Assembly: GCA_051294375.1 (NCBI GenBank)
Contig: JBJCIZ010000239.1
Location: 7,109,973-7,173,972, forward strand
Length of the DNA stretch: 64,000 bases
Source of the DNA: Paraspadella gotoi
Taxonomy: Eukaryota > Animalia > Chaetognatha
Direction: 5' to 3'
In this document: positions 38,592 to 52,195 of the stretch, piece by piece
Layout of the letters: every line of letters begins with the position of its first letter
Numbering within the stretch: position 1 is the first letter of the stretch
The notes under the pieces: generated by a model
The model's input: only the letters and a program-made list of their open reading frames with translations
The model's database searches: none
What the model was told of the DNA's origin: nothing
Made by a program: the position numbers and the translations under genes

Positions 38592-41086
38592 TCTCTCTCT
38601 CTCTCACATTCACTGCGCGCGAAGCGAGGACGCACCCATTCTTCATCCCTCCCAGTAAAACAGCGAAGCGCAATTATTTGGTAACACAATTCTTAATCTG
38701 TGTTTCCGATTACGTTTCGTCCGTCAAGGTAACTGAATTAGAAACGACACTGGGAACAAACAAACGACTTGGTTAACAACAGATTATTTCATTTTTTGGA
38801 GGGCAGAAATTACGAAGTTTTTTACCGATTTGTCTGTGAACCTTTACCTTTATGGAATATCAAAATAGGTTTTTTCGACTTAAACGCTTAAATTCGCTAA
38901 TTGAATCTTAACAATTACTGCGAAATACTGGAATATCCATTATTTTTTTCAATCAAGAACAAGTATTTTATTATCAAATTTTTTTTCACTGGACGGTGCG
39001 CCACGCAAGATTAATTATATTTTCGTCACAAAACTTTTTTACTAAAAAATTCCGTTCAAATTACGTCAAGCTGTTAAAACTTCTTAAAAAAAAAACTTAT
39101 TCGCGACCCGCAGTTGGAAAAAAAGATATTTCTGGGGCTCCCTTTTTACTCCGAGCTGACAATATTATGCCGTTCCGAATGCATTGTTTAATTCGCCCGG
39201 ACCCCTCTTTGCGCGCTCACGTCGCACCACAACGACGACGCCGACGACGACAATTGACGCCGCCTACGCCCGCCTCTTCAGTGAGTCGCGCCGTTTCGCC
39301 TCCACGCCAATGCATTCCTGATTCCATCTCCAAATGATGCAACGAACGGAAGAGACAAAAAAAAGGCTCCCGGACCTTTTCTCTTCTCGGATTTGTCATT
39401 CCGGCGAAAATCATAGATTTCGTCAGCTTGCTCCACGTAATAAAGGCGGGGCGGGGGGGGGGGGGGGGGGGGGGGCAGCGGGGGGGGAGGGCGGGGGCGG
39501 AGGGGGACCCGCACGGATTCGGCTTCTGCGCCGACGCAAGCATGCTCAACACAGGGCATGCCGAAGCTCGCAATTATCACGCACCACCACCACACCACCG
39601 CCCCTCCACCGCGCGTTCCCCCCCTCGCATTCTTCGGAGCTCTGGTCACCACCAGAGTCCACGGAATCCTTGCCGTCAGGGTGTTAGCCATTTGCTTTTT
39701 CGCCTCCATCGATTCCTCGCGTTTTTCCAACGAATACTATATTTTTTCGTCGCCAATTTTTCAACTTTCGCTTCGGGCGGACAGGAGCAGCTACTAAAGT
39801 TTTCACACAGGATATATGTATTGACATTTGCTACTAAATCCTTGATTTGAGTGAGTCGATCTAAAGTATCGAATGGGTTGATAATTCTAATCCACTATCG
39901 TTTTCAATTTCGTAGACTGAAATAGTCATTTATTTTTGATTTAAAGAATAGCCGACAGAGGATGACTTCAATTGACTTGGCGTGCATTTCGCCAGTGAGG
40001 CGAATCACGTGAAAATCTTAAACATGAACAGCACAAATCGTCTTTATTCAAACATTTTGGTTCTAAGCTCCACGCGACGCGACAAGGTATACATTAGAGA
40101 GGAAATACCCATCATGCCACGCACAGAATCACAGCTTACAGAACGTCATAATGCGCATGATTAGAAATTCGGACAAATACGGTCAAGACTCGTTATTAGC
40201 GCCACCCCTCACAAGGCACCATCGATAGCAATAAGATTCAGATAAGGAGCAACTGAGTACGTTCCCAAAGAAAGGCCATCGAAAACTCTGACCAACTGCT
40301 CTAGACCAAAAACACGAGCTGCCGCCACGGTTGGAGGAACTGCCAGCAGATGAGAACCTCGCGCGTGCGTGCGCCGGCTGAGCGCCTCTAGCGACTAATA
40401 AGAAGAAGATTCGCGCTGCGGAGCATGGGCGCCGAGGAAAAGGGAGGAGCGGAAGAGGAATGAAAAAACGGAGTTTTCCATAGGAGGCAAAAACACTAGA
40501 CGCAGACGCCAGGAAAGCGACGACAGACTCAGGGCATGCTCTTCAAAGAGTGAAACAGAATCGACTTTCGAAAGACGGAGAAGGAAGCGACTCGACGGTT
40601 GAATTCTGCCAAAGAAAAGAGAAGGAATGAGTTTGGAAAAAGGAAAGAATTAGAAAGAAAATTAACGAAAATAAGAAAAGGAAAAGAAAAGAAAAGAGAA
40701 TTGTTTATAAATGTTTATAAAAAACGTGTTGGAGTGAAGGTCAGATACTCTAGACTGTGTGAGAGACTTGATTTTATCTTGTAAGTTAAAGCGGGACTTC
40801 GTAAGTCCTGTCCAAAGTCATGGGCAAGATAGCTTTGTATTAAATGAATGGATAATTGAATTAGTAATTAAAGATTTAAGTTTATAGATAGGGTTTTAAG
40901 TTTGGTAACGATTGAGGGTTAAAAAATAAGATAGGATAATATTAATAAAATAGAGAAAAAAAAAGAATAGAAAAGTAATAAATTTAGGAAGAAATGAATT
41001 TGGTATAATAAGAGGAAGTGACGGAATGAACAAACTAAAATGAATAGATTAAAAGAAAAACAAAAAAGAAGACAACAGAAAAAGAG

Positions 41087-41129
<43 letters not shown>

Positions 41130-43229
41130 GAGTGAGAAAAGGAGATCCGCATTTATTATGATCCGAGTTGAAATAATGGATGGATGATGGGAGTCTGACC
41201 GAAAAGACGAGACCAAATGTCGTCATTGTAGTCGTCGTCGTCGTNNNNNNNNNNNNNNNNNNNNNNNNNNNNNNNNNNNNNNNNNNNNNNNNNNNNNNNN
41301 NNNNNNNNNNNNNNNNNNNNNNNNNNNNNNNNNNNNNNNNNNNNNNNNNNNNNNNNNNNNNNNNNNNNNNNNNNNNNNNNNNNNNNNNNNNNNNNNNNNN
41401 NNNNNNNNNNNNNNNNNNNNNNNNNNNNNNNNNNNNNNNNNNNNNNNNNNNNNNNNNNNNNNNNNNNNNNNNNNNNNNNNNNNNNNNNNNNNNNNNNNNN
41501 NNNNNNNNNCAACCGAAGGGGAAGCGGCGGCCATAACATCTATTTTAAAGGATGCGAACCCATAAAGGAAATAGGAGAACCGAGGAGAACGGAGGAGAAC
41601 GGGTGGAAACGGAAGCGGCCGACGAGACACGCCCACCCCACACACACCCAGAGAGAGATATCAGAAGATGGGCTGAGTATTTTTTTTTTCTAACGATCAT
41701 TGCTTCTTTTACCTAGAAGCCGTCTAACATGGAATAGGCGGAAATTTTTTTTNNNNNNNNNNNNNNNNNNNNNNNNNNNNNNNNNNNNNNNNNNNNNNNN
41801 NNNNNNNNNNNNNNNNNNNNNNNNNNNNNNNNNNNNNNNNNNNNNNNNNNNNNNNNNNNNNNNNNNNNNNNNNNNNNNNNGTTTTGTTTAAGAAATTCGT
41901 ACAACCAATATCAAAATTATCCATTAGGCTATCTTGACCCTGACTCTGGACAGGCTGTGGTGGTTTGAGGCCTCCATCACACTTGTAACAAGCTTTCAAT
42001 CAAGAGTTTCTCACAGTCTCGTTTATTCACTCCCAGAGTAAAGCGTAAAGAGTAGATGAGTGAATGTCACAATCTACCGTTTCACAAAGAAAGGATACAA
42101 TTATAATTAAATAGCGAAGACGCGTCCGCTACAAAAATTTCATTGAGCAAAGTCAAGAGAGAAATTTAGTTAATTTTTTTTTCAGACAACCAATGTTTAA
42201 TTGTTATCTAAACCGTCGTTTTTAGTTTTAATATATAAATAGTTTTTTTTCTAATTTATTTACTACAAAGTAATTAACCGATCTAATGCTTACGAAAAAA
42301 AGATAAAACTTTCCGCTGAATTTTCTTAAAAATAAGAAACGGGACTCGAACTCGGAACTCCTCGGCCACGAAGATCCGACGGGGACTCAACGGCGCTGAA
42401 AGAAAAAAAGAGAAAAAGAGAAAAAAGAAACGAAGGAAAGGATTTTTTCTTTAAAACTTATGGAGGTTGTTTATCATTTAGGCTGGAGGAGAGAGAGAGA
42501 GAGAGAGGTAGTAGGAAATGAAGAATCCCAGATGCGGTTTCTGGCTTTTGTGGATTTAACGATATCTGGTCGTGATTTAAAATAAAAAATGAAAGAGGAG
42601 AGGTTGTCGTCGTTGTTGTCGTCTTCATTGTCGTCGTTGTCTTCGTTGTCGTCGTTTTCTTCGTCTTCGTTGTCGTCGTTGTCTTCGTCTTCGTTGTCGT
42701 CGTTGTCGTCATCGTCGTTGTTATCATCGTTGTCTTCGTCGCCTTCGTTGTCGTCGTCGTCGTAACCCGAGTTCCTGTAAAAATTTGTATTGCCAAGTGA
42801 ACATACGTTTTTAGTTACGTCGCGTGTACGCGCTGAGCAAATCAATAAGTCGCTTTTCGGTCGGTCAGTCGGTCTGGCTTATTTTTAATACTTTATCAGT
42901 TTTGTTCATATTTGAGAGGAAGATACGGTACAACAAGACCTTTAATTTATATACAAATCATACAAGTTTGATCTCTTAAAAATCGCACCGCTGCCACCAT
43001 ATATATGTGTTTTATTCGTTTACAACAATTAGTTGAAACAGTACATTCAAAAGGGCATACAGCATTATAGATAAATTGTACAGTTTAAAATTCAACAAAA
43101 TATAATATATAATATATATATATATGTAATATATAATATATATATAATATATAATATAGAAGTAAGTAGACAGGGAATTCTAGGCGAAACCAAAACGAAA
43201 AATATTTATTTAAAAGAAAATAGACAGTA

Positions 43230-44110
43230 AAAATGGTGTCAATTTTCAGACAAAGAATGAATAGACATGGAAGACCGGAGCTATTCATACAATGGAATGC
43301 CATTCTATTGGTTGCTTGACCAATGAGAGAGTCTCTTATAATTTTTTTCTCTGCGATGCTTGATCGCGATCCCGGCTTTTAGGTTTGATTCCTGCTTCGA
43401 TGATATTGGAAAGAACCTGCGAATTTCGTACACAAGAACTGTCTAAGCGGCTATCTTTTATTTTGTTGAAGAAATCATGTGTGGCGAGTAAACGCTTCTG
43501 CTTTTTCGTTGGCATAAGAGTTAATTAGGAAGAGTTTTGAAAAATTATTGTACGGTCGCGAATTTATTTTTATTAGAACTGACATGTTTACGGGCTTAAG
43601 TAGCACAGCCTTCATCAGGCATTAACAATTGGTGTAATTGTAATAAACAGATTGTGTGCATGAATGTGAAAAAGAGTGAAAGAGAGAGAGAGAGAGAGAG
43701 AGGAAAGAGAGAGAGCAGAGAGAGAGGAGAGAGAGAAGAGAGAATGGGCAAGTAGTTTCCAAGCACAAGTTGAGAAAGGACAGGTGGTCAGTTGTTGAGG
43801 ATACAGGTTAAAAGTGAAACAAATAGAGGCTAGTGTTTGTGAAAGAAATGTGAGAATGGTGAGGGGAGTAGAGAGAGATGAGAAACTTGAACAAATAGGT
43901 ACACTGTGCATGTACAACAAGGAAGATAAATATTAGATAATAGTAAGAAATCATATAAAACGAATAAAGAATATAACGTATGGACATTATAATGCGGTCT
44001 GTTTGATAGGGTCATTAAAGTCTCACTTTGATAACCAGAAATAACGGGCAGACCTTGCTGCAGGAGGAATTTTCAGAGCTCACTCTCCAAATACAAATCA
44101 GGAAATCCGG
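43230..44110 (-). mobile_element. Penelope-like retroelement remnant: GIY-YIG-like C-terminus, pLTR with hammerhead, possible start of the next ORF
   Basis: Minus strand ~43960-44025 reads ETLMTLSNRPHYNVHTLYSLF, like the ExLxI..PxLN..LF end of PLE ORFs; hammerhead and AATAAA lie ~350 bp downstream. Confidence 0.55.
43577..43624 (-). ncRNA. Minimal hammerhead ribozyme motif
   Basis: Minus strand GC-CTGATGA-AGGCT/gtgctactta/AGCCC-G(T)AAAC-ATGTC then AATAAA; one extra base in GAAA. Confidence 0.6.
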
Positions 44111-44592
44111 TGATTGGTCAAGTGGACGAGAGTCCTGGCTGATCGACGGCAATCAGTCTTGCAAAATCTGGATGGGAAAAAAAAAGTAAAAGAAAGAATT
44201 AAAAAAGAAAGAAAGAAATTCACTGCGGCGGCAACTTATTGGAAAGAAGCCGTTCTTGATTTTGCCCTCATTCTAACTGGCATCGGAATAGTTCGCTGCG
44301 TCGTCATCGTGCGTCGTTGTTGTCAATCATATTAACATTTATATTTAAGCTGCATTGGGATGAGAACTGATAGGAGTCACGTTTTGAGTACGCATCGATG
44401 ACATCGTTTGTCATTAATGATACACGTCGGCTGTTGGCTTCATCTAAAGTCAGTCGCTTGTCTAGTTATGACACGCGCTTGTTCATGTCTTCAATTGCAC
44501 GGGTGAAATGACGACGGAGCGGTGAGAAAATCATGACTAAAGCGTAACACAAACGAAAAAAATAACGTCAGGAATGTCACCTAGAGGAACAG

Positions 44593-44638
<46 letters not shown>

Positions 44639-44786
44639 AGAGAGAGAGGACCCGATAGTTGAAGCAGACGGGATTGCGAGTATTATAAGGAATGCGTGAA
44701 TGGTTGAGGCCGGATGAGGGGAACAGGGAAGAAGATGACAAGAGGAAAATGAAGAGAGAGTGAGAAGAGAGAGGAAGAGAGATGAG

Positions 44787-44822
<36 letters not shown>

Positions 44823-44838
44823 CGAGAGAGTAGAAGAG

Positions 44839-44879
<41 letters not shown>

Positions 44880-45021
44880 GAGAGAGAATGCGACTTAGCA
44901 AAATAAACACGAGAGAAACTGGCAAAAGAAGAAGAAAAACGAGAGAAAGATGAAAGTAGGAAGAAAAATACGCTTTAGATTCACAAAACAATGATGAATA
45001 AAACAAAAGAAGATAGAGAGA

Positions 45022-45063
<42 letters not shown>

Positions 45064-45074
45064 AGAGAGGAGTC

Positions 45075-45253
45075 ATATACTCAGCTCTCCCGTACGCAGC
45101 CGCTAGACCCGGAGCGGCGGCGAGCGCGCTGCCGACCGGGACTGCACTTCTCGCTTCCGGGCTTCTTCCGCTCGGATCAGGGAGATTTTTTCTCTCTCGA
45201 TTGGTGACTGGTCCGGGCTTCTTCGGTCGATCCGAGCCGATCGGGCCCGGATT

Positions 45254-45299
<46 letters not shown>

Positions 45300-47010
45300 A
45301 GTTCCTCTCTTTCTTACTTTCTTCTCTCTGCTTTCTCGCTCATTATTTACTTCCTATCTTTTCTTCTCTCTCCTTAAAATGCTAACATTTTGTCATTATC
45401 TCACTTTATTCCTAATCTACACTGTTTATTATACATAAACTAAAACAGTACATTTATTTTTTTTCATCATATTCAACCTTATTGATAAAATTCTTTTTTA
45501 ATATATTATAAAATAAAAATCATAATCTCAGTTATTGGTGTCTTTGTTATCTTTCGTTTTCTGTTCATTTATGGTGATCAAAAAGAACAACACCAGCCTC
45601 ATGAACTCAGAACTACATTCTATTTTCTATCATTATGGTGATGATCTTAGAATCATCTTAGAATAAGGCGAGCCGACCAATTTAATTTTTAATGGAACAG
45701 CTTAAACACAAATCCATTACTACTTTCACTATTGTGTTAAACTATTTTTTTTCATTAGAATTTCTTGATTCATTTTTTTTTCTGTAATTTTTTTAAAAAT
45801 TTCTTTCCTAGAGAAGAAAGAAATCAATTTGACAATTTTTGTTATAAATAATTTTAAAATGATTAAAAAATGAAAACTGGCTGACAAATAGCAGCATTCC
45901 AGACAACTAACTGTTTTGTATGGGCTTTTGTTTCAGCTTGGCTCAACATCTGGTATAAGGCGACTCTCAAACAGAATGGAACTAACTAACTTTCCCAGAC
46001 AAACACTGTGCTAGAATCATTTTTTTTAAATTTGATATGTAGGTAATCAAATGAAATTTAATAAGAATTAAATAATAAATTTTAGGTGATGTAAAAATAT
46101 TTTGGCATCCCTGGAGTTGGAAAACATGAAGAGCAAGTTTTTTCTAATAAATTAATGGAAAAAGAAAAGGAATGGAAAGAGAACGGAAGGAGATAATTTC
46201 TTGGAAAGAAAAATTAAAGGAATTGCAGATATCATATTTTTTTTACATATTGACATTATTGTTTTCTTATATTAATTTTTAGGTAATGATTATGTTATAG
46301 TTAAAAGTAATTAAGGTTATGAGTTCGCGCCGGATCGGGCACCTCTTTATAAAAATATTTGTTTTCTCTCTCAATTTTAAAACACAGAAACGAAAGTCTT
46401 TATCATAACATCATTATTATAAATTTTTATTGTTATATATTATTCTTAAAAATTTTATTTATTAGTGATTTTTCCAATTTTATTAAGCGTATTGAAATTC
46501 ATTGAAGAAAAAAAAATATTCACGTAATAGGATTAAGGCCTAAGTAACGGTTAAAGATAATAAAACAAAAAAAATCACTAATAAATAAAATTTGTTAAAA
46601 ATAATAATATAACGATAAAAATTATAATAATATTATTATTATAAAAGACTTCGTTTTGTTGCGTTTTAAATTGAGAAGAGAAACAAAACATTTTTTATAA
46701 AAGAGACTCCCGGATCCGCGCGAACTCATGATCCGATTCGCTCGTAAGCCAGAGAGAAAGCCTCGCTGGTGATGAGGGTTAAAAGAGAGAAAAAGACTAA
46801 GTCAGTCGCTGCACGCTCCGACCGATCCGACTCTGCTCGCCGTCGCGCGGATCCGGAGATAGGGAGAAGCAAGAGAAGAGAGTAAAAAGCCGAGCGAAGT
46901 AAGTCCACGAAGCAGGAGAAGCCGCTCGGTGTCGCCGCCGCGCGACTGCGCCCGGACGGGCCGCGCGGCGTGCTCCGCGGACGCGGCCTGATACGAGGCT
47001 TCTGAGTATA
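45075..47010. mobile_element. Putative ~1.9-kb element with diverged GC-rich terminal inverted repeats, lying in a (GA)n tract
   Basis: ATACTCAG..CGTA..GCCGC and CTTCTCGCTTCCGGGCTTCTTCCGCTCGG (45077-45175) match the reverse complement of 46889-47009. Confidence 0.45.
46321..46727. mobile_element. Fold-back MITE with ~160-bp TIRs and GAG...CTC termini
   Basis: GAGTTCGCGCCGGATCGGG...ATTAGTGATTTTT mirrored by AAAAATCACTAAT...CCCGGATCCGCGCGAACTC; AT on both flanks. Confidence 0.85.
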
Positions 47011-47145
47011 GCCATGAGAGAGAGAGAAAGAGAGAGAGCGAAAAAAGATGAGGAGAAAAATGTAAACGATGGAGAGAAGGACGAAAGCTCGAGTCTGAGT
47101 GTTGCCGTTGAAAATCGAATTATGAAGGTTCATGCTTTTTGGCAG

Positions 47146-47188
<43 letters not shown>

Positions 47189-47197
47189 GAGAAGAGA

Positions 47198-47240
<43 letters not shown>

Positions 47241-47379
47241 TGGAAATGCTGTTTTTAACTGGAATGGACAACCGGACAACTGAAGGAAATCGAATGGAAT
47301 CAAAAGCGATGAACCGTGAAGTGTCATTGATTCAGTTTCGTGATTCCATTTATGACAACAACTGTGAATAATTGACTCG

Positions 47380-47613
47380 AGCCATCGGCTTATGACCACT
47401 TTGTATCGCGGATCGATCCCACAATGGTACCTACCCTGCGGAGAGCCGTCTTCACGCTTTGGGTCGTGGGTTCCAAGTGTTCGATGGCAGCGAGAGGGAA
47501 TTTAAGAAGTGGATAGCGCTCTTCGACCCACTTAGCGTCATACCCACACAGATGAGCCCTTCCTGCCGTTCCATTGCTGCCGAGAGGGTTGTGGAAATAC
47601 CACTTATCCACAA
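47380..47613 (+). mobile_element. Repeat family B tRNA-derived SINE, 5'-degenerate and rearranged copy
   Basis: GCCATCGGCTTATGACCACT..TGGTACCTACCCTGCGG..CCACTTAGCG..TTATCCACAA shared with 52196-52428. Confidence 0.65.
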
Positions 47614-47955
47614 TTTTGGCCATATGAGTCATTCGTTCCACCCGAGCGTAAAAGTCGAAGTTGAAATTTCTCAGACTTGTCAAAAAAAAAAAAAAATTCG
47701 ATGCACAGACAAAATATTAAGTAAAGTTGAGAACAAAACAGAAAAAAATGCTTTGTTTATGACTTTTTCCAGCCAATTTTCTAAAAGCGTCCAATTTCAA
47801 CTTAAAATCAGAAATAATTTTTTTGAGGTTCTAAAAATTAGGTTAAAGGTTAAGGATAGAGATTAGGTTAGGGAATAGGTTAGAGGGAGGGCTTAGGGTT
47901 TGGGAGAAGCTTCTCAATCGACTGAATTAGGCAGTCTTAAGTGAGTTATACTTAT

Positions 47956-47997
<42 letters not shown>

Positions 47998-48899
47998 AAA
48001 ATTAAAAGGCCCCCAACCACCACCCCCCACCAACCACCCCTAAAATACACATAAGATCGACGGAGTGATCAGAGCCTAATCTGTTGACGAGGAATCCTCA
48101 GCGAGGGGGGAAAGAAGGAGGAAAGAGAGAGGAAGCAGGAGAAAAGAACACGAGAGGAGAAGAAGGAGAAAAGCAGATATAGGAAAGGACGAGCAGGAGT
48201 AGCTGATTGAGGATAACGAGGTTATAATGAAAAAGAGAGCATTGAGGAGAGAGAGAGAGGATAAAGAGAGAAGAGAGAGAGAAGAGAGAGAGAAAGGAAA
48301 AGAGTTAGAAGAAAAGAGCGACGAAGAAGTAGAAGAAGTACAGAAAGAGAAGAGAGAGAGATGAGAGAAGAGAGAGACGAGAGAGAGAGAGAGCAGAGAG
48401 CGAGGTACAAGGGGCAATCGAGCAAACGAAAACGAGCAATAAAAGCACACCTCGAATATTAAGAAATGCCCATCCAGCACCTCACGCCTCACCCCACTCT
48501 CTCCTCTCTTCGCGCAGCCCACCACACCCCCTCATTTTTTGAATACATATTGATTATGATCGCTATGCATTAACTGTTGCTGTACGCATAAAAATTGTAA
48601 CTTTTAAAATCGATGTAGAAATTTTCTAAGAATTTTTCAAAGCATTAAAATGACAAAAACATATACGTTATTTCTTTGGCAATAACCTAACGTTTTTAAG
48701 AAAATTAATTTTCCTTAAGCTAAAAAATAAGGACTTTTAAGAATAAACTAAGAAAAAAAAACAAGCTTGCAAACACTCTGAGAAAACGGACGGGGAGAAA
48801 ACCACAAGGCAAATGACAACACGAGGGAGAAAGAGCACCAAGGCAATCGCCGATAACCTGAAAACCGGTTTAGATGAAACAGAAGAGAAGATGAGAGAG

Positions 48900-48938
<39 letters not shown>

Positions 48939-50589
48939 GTTGAATTGAGATTGTAGATGAAGAGATAGTGAAAATTAGACTAAGCACTAATTGAAAAAAA
49001 TCTGCTGGGAGGATTAGAAGGCGGAAGAAATAAGAGGATGAAAGTAAACACAAAGAGAGGAAAGGAAAAAAGAAAAAAAGAAAAAAAGAAACAGAAAAGA
49101 NNNNNNNNNNNNNNNNNNNNNNNNNAGAGAAGCGGTGAAAATTAGAAAGCACTAATTGAAAAAAATCGCTGGGGAGGATAGAAGGCGGAAGGAACATAAG
49201 AAGAAGGATGAAGAAAAGAGAGGAAAGGAAAGAGAAGGAAAGAAAAAAAAGAAAAGAAAAGAAAAGAAAAGAAAAGAAAAGAATGAAAGAAAAGCAGAGG
49301 AAAGGAAAAGGGAAGGAAAGCAAAGGGCTTCAAAAACGACCTATTCAGACGTTGAAACCTTTTCAGGTAACAATTTTATGCTTCTTATCTTTTTAACGTC
49401 TTATACACTCGCCTATCCACGCGACTTAAGTTTTAAGTTTTAAGTTAAAATATGAATAATGAAATGGAATAAAAGGTTCGAGTCTCGATAGGAAGAGAAA
49501 AAGAAAAAAAAAATTCCAAAGACTCGAAATAAAAAAAAAANNNNNNNNNNNNNNNNNNNNNNNNNNNNNNNNNNNNNNNNNNNNNNNNNNNNNNNNNNNN
49601 NNNNNNNNNNNNNNNNNNNNNNNNNNNNNNNNNNNNNNNNNNNNNNNNNNNNNNNNNNNNNNNNNNNNNNNNNNNNNNNNNNNNNNNNNNNNNNNNNNNN
49701 NNNNNNNNNNNNNNNNNNNNNNNNNNNNNNNNAGAAAAAAAAAGAGAAAAAAAATGGATGCGGAACCGAAGCTGAGGAAATTCATCATCGCGCGCGGTTC
49801 GTCTCTCTTTCCTCTGGTCGTTGTTGTTGTCGTTGTTGTTGTCGTTGTTGTCGTTGTTGTCGTGGATGTCGTTGTTTTGCGTTTTTTTGTGGTTTTTGTT
49901 GCGATTGTCTCCAGGTATTTTGTAAAAAAAAAGGAAAGCTTTATTCGAACGCGGAACGTTCGCGCTGACGTTTGAAGAAGAAAAGGAGAAAAAGAAAAAA
50001 GAAAGGCAGGAAATAGATAAAAGAAAAATGTATATGTATTGTATTTATTATATTTAAGATTTTGTTGTATTGTAATTTTTATCGAATAATTTTACTATTG
50101 TTTTTAAATAATAAAAAACTTTGCATCTAAAACTGATCAATAACAACGAAACGAAAGAAATTACACTATTGAAATTCAATAGTGTATGTTTGAATGATTG
50201 GATAATTTTATATTTGTCATTGGTCGGTCATAGGTTTGACTTTGGTCGGTCATAGGTTAATCTTTGGTCGGTCATTGATCGGTCATAGGTTAGTGCAGCC
50301 TGTCCAGAATGATCAGGGCCACTCGGNNNNNNNNNNNNNNNNNNNNNNNNNNNNNNNNNNNNNNNNNNNNNNNNNNNNNNNNNNNNNNNNNNNNNNNNNN
50401 NNNNNNNNNNNNNNNNNNNNNNNNNNNNNNNNNNNNNNNNNNNNNNNNNNNNNNNNNNNNNNNNNNNNNNNNNNNNNNNNNNNNNNNNNNNNNNNNNNNN
50501 NNNNNNNNNNNNNNNNNNNNNNNNNNNNNNNNNNNNNNNNNNNNNNNNNNNNNNNNNNNNNNCGACGACGACGACGACGATGGTGTAAG

Positions 50590-51790
50590 GTCGACGAAAA
50601 TGATGACGATGACGACGACGACAGAAACGATTAAGACCTTCATGAGAATGACGACAATGACAATCGATGATGACAGAAACGATTAAGACCTAAACTAGAA
50701 CAAAGATGACGACGACGACTACGACGACAATGACATCGACGATGACAAAAACGATTAAGACCTAAACGTAGAACAACGGAGTGACGACGACGACGACAAC
50801 AATGCAATCGACGATGATAGAAACGATTAAGACCATAACTAGGAACAACGATGACGATGACGAAAATGACAATCGACGATGACAGAAAACGATTAAGACC
50901 TAAACTAGAAACAACAATGATGACGACGACTACGGACAACAATGACATCGCACGATGAACAAAAACGATTATAGACCGTTAAAGCTTAGAACAACGATGA
51001 CGACGACAACTACGACGACAATGACATCGACGATGACAAAAACAATTAAGACCTAAACTAGAACAACGATGACGACGACGACAACGACAATGACAATCGA
51101 CGATGATAGAAACGTATTAAGACCTAAACTAGAACAAACAATGACGATGACCAAAAATGACAATTCGACGATGACAGAAATGAATTAAGACCCTAAACTA
51201 GAGAACAACGGATGACTATGGACGAAAATGACAATCGACGATGACCAGAAACGATTAAGACCTTCATTAGAACGACGACGACGACGACAATGACAATCGA
51301 CGATGACAGAAACGATTAAGACCTTCATTGAGAACGATGACGACGATTGACAATGATTAATCGACGATGACAAACAAATTAAGACCTAAACTAGAACAAC
51401 TGATTGACGACGACGACGACAATGACAATCGACGATGACAGAAATGATTAAGATCTAAACTAGAACAACAATGATGACGCATGACAGATGACAATCGACG
51501 ATGACAGAAAGATTAAGACCTAAACTAGAGACAATGATGACGACGACCGACAACAATGACACGATGCGATGACAGAAACGAATTAAGGACCTAAACCTAG
51601 AACAACAATGCTGACGGACGACGAACGACGAGTGTACGGACCAAATGACAATCGACGATGACAGAAACGATTAAGACCTAAACTAGAACAACGATGACGA
51701 CAACGACGACAATGACAATCGACAATGACAGAAAGGATTAAGACCTAAACTAGAACAACGACGACGATAACAACGACGGCTTCGATGATG
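50590..51790 (+). repeat. Minisatellite, ~65-bp unit: AAACGATTAAGACCTAAACTAGAACAA core plus (GAC/GAT)n linker, ~18 copies
   Basis: Directly visible tandem units; subvariant with GACCTTCAT at ~50636, 51259, 51320. Confidence 0.95.
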
Positions 51791-52195
51791 ACAGCGATTA
51801 TGATGAAGTCGACAAAGTGTGAAGAGAAAAAAAGAGAAAGCAGAAAAAAAGATTAAATTCAAAGATGGAATATTGTATTGCTTATTATTCTTTTACGTTT
51901 CGAAATTTGTTTTTTGGTCGTGGTTGTTTTTTACTTTTAATTTAAATTAACTTAATTTAATGTAATCATACAACTCTTTTGGAAATATTTTGAAAATTTT
52001 ATATGAAGTAGTAAAAATCTTTAAAAATGAATGAATGTGAAAAAATGTTTTTAGGAAGACATTTTCATTATCGTACTACTCATTGACAATCGCCGGTCTC
52101 GATAAAAGACTGACTGACTGACTCTAATCCCTAAACCTAACCTAATTTTGAACCTAATCTTAAACACTCTAACCGTAATCTCTAACCCTAAACTC

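Noticed and set aside
42337-42400. B-box-like GTTCGAGTCCC on the minus strand (also at 58031 on plus)
   Set aside because: No convincing A-box or cloverleaf and no alignable second copy; too weak to call.
50590-51790. CRISPR-like array
   Set aside because: The linkers are homologous low-complexity GAC tracts rather than unique spacers; there are no cas genes and the context is eukaryotic.
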